Positions 14,839 to 26,700 of a stretch of DNA of 64,000 bases are shown here, piece after piece. The first letter of the stretch is position 1; every line of letters starts with the position of its first letter. A program made the position numbers and the translations under genes. This stretch comes from Octopus vulgaris (Eukaryota), in assembly GCA_951406725.2 (NCBI GenBank), contig OX597822.1, forward strand, positions 86,614,001 through 86,678,000, read 5' to 3'. The notes under the pieces were generated by a model. It saw only the letters and a list, made by a program, of their open reading frames with translations. It was not told the DNA's origin and ran no database searches.

Positions 14839-17692
14839 ACACTATTTGAGATGCATGGTCTAGTGGTAAAGTGTTGCACTCACAATCACACAAATGTGGT
14901 TACAAATTCTGTCTACAACACTCGCACACATATCCATATGCACGCATGTGCACACCCACACACACGGAGGTAGTGATGAGTAATCGAGACATCTGGCAAA
15001 TTGCTGGGCTTAAGAATCCGTATCAAGCTAAGTGAAATTGTAGTCACAGCCGGTACCAGTGATGCGTGAATAGCACCTGTGTCAGTGACACATAAAAGGT
15101 ACTCGGTACACTCTGTGGAATGGTTGGTGTTAAGGTCATCCAGCCATAGATACCAAGCCAAAACAGACTGGAGCCTGGCACAGCTCTCCAGTTTACCAGT
15201 TCCAGTCAAACTCATGCCAGATGCTAAATGATGATGAGTATCATATCGGAATTATATCCAATACATTTCATTCTGTTGGAACAGATCAGCGATAGTAAAT
15301 CATCCATTTGGTGATAAAAAATTAGAAAGCAAATATTTCACTGATTCTCACAATGAAATTGGTAATTCCTATTGATGACAATAGATGTGGAATGTAAATA
15401 TTGAAAATTGTGTCATTATTAAAGATGAGGTTGACAAGGATTTATATAATAATAATAATGAAATTATTGTATACAGTGCTCAGGTGCACCACAACTTGTC
15501 AGAAAGTGCATATAAAGTACATGCAGTAATGTAGAAATGTCTGGAAAGCGAACAATGTATGAGTCAGATACATGCTTGTGTGTGTATGGAGGGGAGAAAA
15601 TCAAGTGTAGTGTTGGCAAATCTCAGGAAGCATGGAAGTTTTTGAGAATCTGTTTCTATAAAAGAACTTACCAGGAATGAGAATTTCTTTGTGGCCCCAA
15701 TAAAATTTCTGTCGGTGATCACCACTAGAAAAAACAAAACAATACTGTTGAGGTGTGTGTGAACAACTGAATTGAGAACACCAATAAGAACTGGAAAATA
15801 CTTGTCTATCTCTCTCTCTAGCCTATTTGGGGGAAGGGTGTACAATTAACAGAGCTGATCCTGCTATGAGGTACAATTTGAACATAGATGTGAAGAAACT
15901 GAACTGGATTCTATAGAAAAATTTAGTACGGAATTCTACTGTTTCTATCATTTCAATTATAAGGAGAAAAATGGAATGCGATATTCATGTAATTCTCAAT
16001 GACATTAATATAGTAAGTGAAATGGTTCCAACATGTAACTGGAAGCAAGTTATGGATCTACTTCATCATCAGGAACCTACCAAATGGTGCTGGTACATAT
16101 TATTGGGCCTAGTTTCTATGGTTTAGCCAATTACCTCAACCTCAGTGATTGACTGGTTCTTATCTTATTTATGACCCTGAAAGGATGAAACACAAAAATT
16201 ACTTTGGCGGAATTTGAATTCTGAACATAAAGTCAGAAGAAATACCACTAAGCATTTTGTCTGGTGTGTCAATGATTCTGTGATTCTGCCAGCCCACCAC
16301 CTTCCTTACTCTTAATAACAAAGAAAATATTTTCCAAAGAAAAATTGAATAGAAAAAAGATAATTACGTAAAGGGGTACATCATAGCAACAACTGAAGGC
16401 TCATCTCTGGAGCAGACATAGTCAAAGTCCAGCATCCCTTGTACAGCCCGTTGCTGCATTCCATATACAATAGCTTTGGTCTGTTTGGAGAAGAGACCAT
16501 GCTGCTTTGTTTCTACATCATTGGCAATGTCATGGTGAGCAATCTTGGAATTGCTGGAATTGGCGCTTAGATCGCCTGATGATTTTCGCTTCAATATTGG
16601 TGAACGCTAAAGAGAAGGTAGAAAATAAAATACTTATTAATGAATGCAGAACTTGAGGAGGAAATTCAGGTAAGATTACACAAGAATCAACAAATACAGT
16701 CAGGCCAATGTCTTGTTCATTGATTTCAGTGAAAAATCCATGGAATCTAAAGATAAAAGTTCAATTTAAAGTTCCTGAGAATAAGAATAGTACAAATGGT
16801 TGAATAATACAATTTTTTACATACTTCAAGAAATTAAAAGTAAATAATCTTTTATGTGCTACAAATTTCTCTGATTACAATGTTACTAAGTAACTAATCA
16901 TGAACTATTGTCTGTGACCTGGGCAACCAACAAAATACTATTTAAATTTTCAACCTGAGGTATAATCAGTATTCAAGCAGTCACTGGAAAACGATATGGC
17001 ATTGTTGGCAAAAATGAATTGCAACTAGAGAGCTGTGTGTGTGTGTGTGTGCGCATATAACTATACAAACTTGAAGCAGAGTACAAATAAAAATTACACC
17101 CACACAAACACACATTATATAAAAACAAACATTCCTTGGAAGCCTATGTCACAATACAAACCTGTAAAAATAAATTTATTTTCTCTTTTATAAATAAATA
17201 ATTAATCAAGTAATGAAGAAAACAGCACTAAAAGTCCAACAACAATTGAAAGAATGACATTTGATATATTCCACTTGAAACTAATTATTCAAGGAATTGT
17301 GGTGAAAGTTTTTAATTTCAACATAAAATTGAAACATTTGTTACTCAATTTCAGTTGAAGTCATTTCAATTGAAATGACCTTAAAAAAGGCAAAAGGATC
17401 ACCACTTCCTTCTCATGGCCACCAACTTAGAGATCTTAAGTTTATTGATGCTTTCAGAATATATTTAAGATTTTTCTCATTAGTAAAACTCAATGTTTCC
17501 ATACTTCATCCTTGGAAATAATCTGTTCATGCAGAACTGATATTAATATTTTCAGTTTTGTATATGGCTGATCAACAAGTTCATTGTACAAGCATATGAT
17601 TTAGGTCCCATCCTGATACATGGCACCATTTGGCGAGAGTCTTCCATTATTGCACATTGACCAATGCCATGTGAATGAAATTTAGAGAGTAC

Positions 17693-17729
<37 letters not shown>

Positions 17730-20700
17730 TGTGAGTGTGTTAGTGTGCGCGCGCGCATGCAGGCGAACAAGCAGTTCAGAGTATGTGTCATATATGTGAA
17801 CTGAAACAGAGTTGACCAAAATTATTGAATAATGCCAATTTCTCATACTTTTGGCCAAATATCCAAGTTAAAGGGTTCATTGAAAGAAATCTGTCTATAT
17901 CACTTTTGGGAGTATAATTATGTGTTTGAGAGTAACATGATGAGTGTGAGGTGTGTTGGGGTATACAAGGACATACAAAAGTGTAAGAATTCTTTTTGGT
18001 AATATTTACTCTAAGTGTAATGGCAAAATAAATTCATACTAAATTAAACTAGTGTTATATTTTCACACTAAACAATACTGTACAAGCAGACCAATATACG
18101 AGGAAAGGTGAAATACTGACAGATTAGTTGACCAATGAAACAGAAAGCCATCAGAATGTAGTTTATTGGAATAAATAATAATTTTAAGGTTATAAGATAG
18201 AGAAATAGAACACAACATAAAGAAGAGGTAGTTTCAATATTTTGAAAATTCATTTTAGGGATTTATGTAGATATAATTAAAACCTACCTTTAACAAAATA
18301 TAACATGATCTACATGACTATACATAAAAGCAATATATATGAAACCACTACACACACACACAGACATGTAAGTACACATGCAGAAAAATAAAACACTTGC
18401 AATCAAACATTCTAAAAATGTGGATTATATTAGAGAAAAGGTAAAAAAAAAATTACTGCTGAAGAAATCCCAAAATGACCATCTCAAAGTACCAACTTCT
18501 AAGCAAGTGAAATAATAATATTCTGTATGCCATATGCAACAGTTAGTAAATATTTGACCAAAATAATTTATTAATAAGTCATTTTAATCCCTGATACTTC
18601 TACAAATATTCCCTTCTTGTGAAGCTAAGATGGAAATATATGTGAAATAAATTCTTTTAAAATAATGCTAATGTTTATAGCTTAGGAAATGATCTTAATG
18701 AGAAATGAATATAGAAATTTGAAACTCGCAGGAAAAATTATAAAATGGAGGAGCTACGTTTTGTAATTTGACAAAAATAAGAAATGATACCTGAATTTCA
18801 TTTTCACAGTATTGAACATACATTTTCCCTGCAAATTGACAATAGCCAAATGGATTTACAAGCTTTTCGACTTTACATCAGTTCATCTTTGAATAGTATT
18901 CTCATATAATTAATAATTTTCAACTTTTTTTTTTCAGCTACTCTTAAGACCACTACTACTCATCAACTGCCATTCAATTCCACCAGCATATATATATCTA
19001 CATTGCAAGTAATCAAAACAAAAAGAAAAAAAAAATCGCAACCATTTCCTTCACATCAGCCATCATTTATTCATGAGCAGTTATTTTTCAGTTCACTTGT
19101 ACTTAATTTTTACACAAATTAATATCAGAATAATGAACTCTTCTAATTCAGGTTCATTTCATAAAGCCACAGTGCTATATATAAAGACTGAGATGATCTG
19201 ATATTGTTTAACTTAAATTCTTCAGCAATAGTCAGTGAAAGAAACATTCACAACCGCTGCTACTTCAACACAAATTCATTCTGAAACAACTTAGTCTTAT
19301 GTGTATATAACCTTATATATATATATATCTATCCTATGTGTACGTACAGTCATCTAAAACGAATATAGAGAGAGTCCCACAACACCGCATTTCAACGTTT
19401 TCTAGAAAAAGGTCAGGTGGACTTTTGGGTTATTTTCATATGTATACACACACACAATACTCATAGAAGCACAAACACATACATGTGAAACACAAATATA
19501 TACATGCAGAAAGAGACTATTATGATTGGGGCATCCATAATTGTCTGGGGGTTTTTTTCTCTACTATTATTATTATTTTGAGTAAGAAGCTGTGCCCATC
19601 CTCTTCCAGCCCCTCCAACAACAATAAGAAGAGGGATGCCATTAGCATTCTGTTGAAACACCTGTAAGTCAATGGCTGCAGGAAAAGCAAGTGCGACAAA
19701 GAAATTAAAGACAATTGAGATTTTGTGGAGGGAGGAAGGATTGGTGATAGAGGTTAGTGCAGGCTCAGGACTTGGAAACACAACATGGATGATGAGAGGA
19801 GATGGAGGAGAGGCAAGTGAGTCAAACGTGCTTGAATGGAGGGGACATAAAACTATGCTGCTGTATGACGGACGGACACACACACACTACAAAGTGTTGT
19901 GTGTTTAACACAGGAACTGGATTGAAAATCCTTTCTTTCATGACTGTTGTGTAAGGGAGTTGTTTTTTATTCATAACATGAACCACCACAAACAAAACTA
20001 CTTACCTGGAAACAACAGACATAGGAACAAAAAGCAACAACATCAAGTGGCCAAGGATTGAAGGTTTTCAGACAAAATACAGAGACTTTCGAAACAAGAC
20101 AGTGCTTAATTGGAAGCTACCAGTTTCAAACCAAAAACATTAGTAGTTCAACTAAGAGACATCACACCATGCAAAGGAAAGAAAATACAAAATTGACTTA
20201 CACCAAGCTGAGCTTGACAAAATGTACTCTGTTAATAGAAACAAAAAAAAATCATTGGTGTACTTCCAAGCTGATCATCTGTTAAATATCGGCATCAGTT
20301 TTCAATAGTAAAGGGGTTGTGTGTGTATATATATATATATATATATTTGAAAAAAGAAAAAGAAGGATTTCACAGGTAATTCTAATCAGTTTAATTCATT
20401 CTTTAATTTTTTGATAATATAAATTTTAGTTCATAGATCTAGTAAGTTTTTTGTTAACTTGGGTGTGGAGAATTAAAAAAAAATAATTTTCTTATTAACT
20501 TCTTTGGAGAACTTTCTCGCATTTGTTGTCAAACAGACCTGAGGATTTGGGGTTTTGTGATCTTTGTCCTTTTTATTTTTTTTGGTTTGTTTTTCTCAGT
20601 GTTGTCACTGGGATGTTCTGGGTCTTGGAGATGGCTGTATTGATAAGGTTTATCGGATATTCTTGTCTTTTAAGGAACCATTTTAGTCTTGTAATCTCTT

Positions 20701-23700
20701 TTCCTGTAGTGTGGATTGTGTTACTATGGTACTATGGTGCAGAATTAAAATCAAAGAAGATCTTGGAGTCAAGAACACAATAGCTACAAGAATATGAAAA
20801 GAACTATGGAAAAGACCAAATAAAACCCAGAAAACAAACCCATAAGAAGCTGTCAAACTTGAGAAAAACACAAGAAATGAAGAATCTCACACAATAAACA
20901 AACTTCAGTCAAAAATTGGAGGATCCCAAACACAAAGTTATACAGAGGCCAAATACCAAACACCAGATACAGCTACCATCAAAACCCCAAGAACAATTAC
21001 CATAGACAAAATCAAAGATATATGAAGAATGAATGGAACAGCAGAAGAACCAAACCCCCTCATATTAACCAAACAAAATTCTACAACTCAGAACATTATC
21101 AACATGAAATGCCAGTGAACAGAATATTTCACCACAACAGAACCACCCCTATCCCAAATGGGAATTCTTTTTTAGGACAAGATACCTTCCATCAAATGAA
21201 AGAAAAAAAAAAAAACACCACCCTTGACAAAGAAAAACCACAGGCACCAAAAATAATCAACATATCGGCCCAGAAATTAACACAACAGGAAATCAAACTA
21301 TTAGAAAATGGACTGAAGTTCACACCCAACCCGAACTTATAAAAAGACAGGAGATTTTTGTTGTAAATTATGCCTAGGAAAATTTTTCCAGGGTGTAGAA
21401 TATGAAGAGAATTCACAAGTGTAAAACAAAAAAAACTTCAAACAACTGCTAAATAGAGAAAGACACCTGAAAGAATATATAACCTACCTATGATGATCAC
21501 TGCAGTCAAATATTGCAGAGACAAAACACAAATGCAACATCCCTACAGACCAACTGCTAGCACTAAGCAAACTTCAAAAAGACTCCTCAATAGTCATAAA
21601 AGAAGCTGACAAAGTTGGAGCAATTACCCTCATGGACAAAAACCACTACAAAGATATGACCCTAAAACAATTGAATGACAAAGGATTTTATAGCAAAATC
21701 AACAAATGCGAGGAAAAAATTCAATAATCAAAGTAGATAAACTGATGACAAAGCACCAAAATAACCTCACACTAAAGGAAATCAATTACTTAACTAACTT
21801 TGAAATGAAAATCAGCAATTTTTATGGATTACCAAAACAACATAAAAGGCAAAACTTCATATGTCGAGGTACCAAAACTGACTGATTTAAAATTACACCC
21901 AATTGTTGCTGGTCCAGCCTCAAGCACATAATGTCTAAGTAACTTATTAGACATTATTCTGAAACTCCTTTGTAAAAAAGTGCCAAGCTACATCACAGAT
22001 GATATGGAATTCCTGAATTATATACCCCAGAAAGTACACCAAAGACACAATCTAAGTCAGCTTTGATGTAACAAGCTTATATACTAACATCCCACACGAC
22101 TTAGGAATTGAATCTGTTGACTTCTGATTTACAAAACATCCAGATTCCATTTCAGAGAGATTCCTGAAAGAGTTTTATTTTGGAAGGGCTCAAATTAATA
22201 TTGGGGAAAAACCACTTCCTCTTTGATAACGAACTATATTTACAAATAAAAGGAACAGCCATGGGCACCAAAGTAGCTCGAACATATGCAACACTCGTTA
22301 TGGGATACCTAGAGGCAAAACTATATTCCCAACAGTAGGAAATGTTCAGTCACAACTTCGCCACCTATATTAATAACAACTGGAAACGTTACCTAGATGA
22401 TTGCTTCATATTCTGGGAAAGAAACCAAGAAGACGTGCAAAGATTCTAATTCATTATAAACAGGCTTCATGAAGCAAAGAAAGTTCTGCAAAGAAGTTAA
22501 CAAGAAAAAAAAATTTTTTTTTAATCCTCCACACTGAAGTTAAACAAAGAACTTGCTAGATCTATGAACTAAAATTTATATTATTAAAGAACAATAAATT
22601 AAATTGATTAGAACTACCAATGAAGTCATTCTTTTTCTTTTTTCAAATATACCCAACTGTACCAAGGATCTCGCGCATTTTCCAATATATATATATAGAC
22701 AGACAGACAGATAGATAGATAGATATCAAGGTACAAGTGAGGAGTTGTAAACCATGGAGTTATAAAAATATCCAAGATTAGACTGATTGAATGCCTAACA
22801 AAGCAGGCATATACATATATAGTATTATTAATATTATACAATTATATATTGTTAACAGGTGGTAATCTAAAGATTGTTCTCCACATTTTTTACCTGTTGG
22901 TCACATGGTATCAACCTTGTCTGCTAGATCAGTATCAGTTTTTTTGATTTAATGTTAAAGTGTAAAGAGTTACAAGTCAGGATTTCTGAAGAGGTTTCCT
23001 GCAATCATCTCCTGATGTCATCTCTAACAGAAATTTATGCCTGAATATATTTGACTGTAGAGATGTTCAGTTACAGCAGTTAATTGGGTTTAAATATCTT
23101 AACCAAATTTAAACATTTAGTTAAGACATTCAAATGGAGAAACTGATACTGAAAGACTACAAACTTAACAATCATAACCCTCTTCTTATCTCCAACAGAT
23201 GACAAAGTTCAGTCACTAGAACATCGATATTTCTTTCTCTTTTAATCCAGCTGTATCATAACACTTTAAAAGCTTTGTAATTTAGTAGCCCTTTGAAATG
23301 AGGTGTCAGATAATTATTAGTTCAATGGCTGTTTGATTTCAATATCCAGTCATAATTTCACATTTTTAAATCGATTAATCAACAGACCAAGGTTACTGAT
23401 CGTGACGTGATTAAATTTTCATTTTAGAGATGCAATGTTTTAAACTGCATTTTTATATTCTTTACAAAGAGAGCCCCCACACACACACACACAGAACAGG
23501 CTTTATAAACAGGATGATCCTGATTAAAATACAAGGATGTGGCTCAATACAACATGAAAGAGATCAAACATTGATAGCAACAACTGGACCACAGCATCAC
23601 AAGAGGGAAACCTGTATCGGAAAGCAATCCACTTTGATATTACATCTCCTGACATTACATCTGGATACTAATCGTTGTTGATATTGGTAGATGAGAGCCA

Positions 23701-26700
23701 CTGAAACTCATCTATTCAATCTTGTTACAAGTACCTCAAGTTACTGAGTAAAATACAGATAGTTGTTTACCAATGGGAAGATAGCATCAGAAATCAAATG
23801 TATAGTTGTTTCACTGAATTTGTAACTGTTAGGAAACTTTAAAATTTATCACATGGACATTAACATTTTTAGTAAAATAAAATAATTGGAGACATTGCCA
23901 ATTATCATGAGCTTTCATTATTCATGAAGTATTTTAACATTTCATAAAAACACATCCTATGAAACAAGTTGCAAGAACAGTTCATTTATCTGGTAAATTA
24001 ATCATGACTTGAATGAAAATATCCTTGATTCAAACTATTTCTCAGGAACACAAACTAGTTTTTTTGTTTTTTCAGTTTGTATTCAAAGATTTCCATATAA
24101 ATATTTTTGCAAGATTCTAATAAAGCAAACAAATCCATTTACAAATTACTTAGTGTATTTGAAAGTTGTTTTTAAAGCTATTTAAAAAAATATAAATCTA
24201 TTTAATAATTTCTATGAATAGTCTTATGTCACAGCTTAAAAAATTTTGGTAAACAAAACAAAAAATGAACTTTTGATACAAAAGCAACAAGTTTGTGAGA
24301 AATTGTTTTATAGTTTCTTTAGAAAAGAGCAGCACATTTGAAATAGAGAAATTATTCAACAATTTAAGTAAATCCAATTCTAATTTCCCAAGAAAAGAAA
24401 TTTGAAATAATATAGGATTAAAAATAAAAAGCTTAAGCCCAAAGAAAACACACACACAAAACTTGTATTAATATAGTTCAAAAATTTATAACGTGATTAA
24501 AATGTACGGTAATTATGTAACTGCATGGTTAATAAAACAAACAATTCATGGGAAAGCAAAGCTAAACAACCGAATAGAGCATGAATGTACATATCATCAT
24601 CGTTTAATGTCCGCTTTCCATGCTAGCATGGGTTGGATGATTTAACTGAGGATTGGCGAACCAGATAGGTGCACCGGGCTCCAATATGATCTGGCAGAGT
24701 TTCTACAGCTGGATGCCCTTCCTAACACCAACCACTCCGAGAGTGTAGTGGGTGCTTTTACGTGACTACTTGTACTCTGAATTCATCGCTGTACTCATTG
24801 CCAACCCTCACCTTACTGACTGCATCCCTGTACATGGCTTGTACAGTTCTCATCAACCACTTGTCTATCACTAGTTTCCACATTGACCACTAGATAAGGG
24901 ATTGGGGGACCCTGTCAAAGGATTCCTCCATGTCAACAAAAGCCAAGTACAGAGGTTTATCTTTGGCTAGGTATTTCTCCTGCAGCAGCCTTACCAGATA
25001 TATAGCATCAGTGGTGCTTCTCCCTGGCACAAAACCAAACTGCATCTCATCTCAGCTAACTCTCCCTAATTAGTTGGGCTATGACCCTCTCCATGACTTT
25101 CATCACCTGATCCAACAATTTGATACCTCAAATATATATATACTACACACATGAACACATTCATACATGCATATATAATGACCATTTACTTGGATTCCCA
25201 TGAAACATCAAAGTAAATTGAATGTTTGTTGTACCCAACTAAAATGTGTGTGTGTATACTCTCATATGTAACTGGAAAAAATATCATTTATATTTGATTT
25301 TCCTGATAAAAAATAAAGTGAAAATTAAATTTATAACTTGCAACTAATAGATTTAAAAAAATACTAATTTGTTGTTAAAATCTAGCAAAAGCATAAAACA
25401 GACGAAATACTCTAACAAACTTAAAATCATTTCTTGTTTGTTAAATACTGAAAAAAGGAAGATGGACGTTAATAACATCTGAATTTTGTTTAATCCCAGA
25501 ATATAAGAAGATAGAAAGGAAGTGAAGCTGAGGGGCTGAAAAGAAACTTCTGACCCAATTTCATTACTTTGCCTAGCTGACAAACAGCTCCCACTCCTGT
25601 AGTAACAGAAAGTGTATCAGTCACAAAAATCATTTGTCTAATAAGGAACTGTCAGATGTTGAGCTTCACAGACAGGATGACAAGGGACAATGACTTCTGG
25701 TGGTTTACTGCGCTTGAGAAAGGCACATCAAGTTAAGTGAAATCATGGTGATCCTTGCATCTCTCTTCAACTGAGCAATCCTACTCATGCAGGTCATGAG
25801 TGCTGATGTTGTGCAAAAGCACCTAGTTGGCGTTAGGAAGGGCTTCCAGCCATAATGACCATGCAAAAACAGACATGGAGCCTGGGCAGCTCTTGTCGAA
25901 CCGTCCAACACATGCCAGAATGGGAAAGAGACATTAATCATTGATGATGATCATCATCATCTGTCATTGAACCCATGACAGCATGGGAAAGAGACATTAA
26001 TGATGATGATGATTTATGTGAATGTGGTTATTGCATTGTCTCAGTAATCAACAGCCTGCACTTCCATAAGATTGGCCAAAGCAACCCTTGACAAAAAGTG
26101 TACAAGAAAAGGATAAAGAAGCAGAGATATATGAAGCATTCAAAATCCCAAGGTATGTTATCCAATATTTTTAGCATACAATTAGAATAATGCGCTTTTC
26201 TCCATTACTTTCTCTATATTTCTATTAACCAAGCATAATATAAATCTGAATCTGTGATAGAGATTTTTAAAAAACATTGGGTCACATTGTTCTGAAATAC
26301 TGTAATAAAAGTGCAAAACTAATAAAATCTTATGCACAGTTAAGCTGTGAGCATGCACATCGATTTGTCAATGAGTGCAAATACTAAATGTGTGCATAAG
26401 AGGTTAGTGGCCTAAAATAATTTAGTAATTAATAAGTATATTAAGTTTCGAGTTTATATTTACTTAAACATTCAATGTACACAGACTTTTGTCAGGAATA
26501 AAAAAAAATGTTCACAATATATAATTTGTATGCATGCTAACAACAAAAATTTAGCAAAAAACATTGCTCTTGTTTAAACAAAAGCAAAACAAAAAAATCA
26601 AAAAACACAAACAAAACCTAGGGGTGGGAATTGTTAATTAGTATACAATTTAAAATCTATTTATTGGAGATTGATTGAACAATTAACACACAAAATGATT

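Noticed and set aside
22894-23023. Possible 130-nt exon with AG/GT flanks in the linker intron
   Set aside because: Weak pyrimidine tract, immediate stop, not frame-preserving, no other support.
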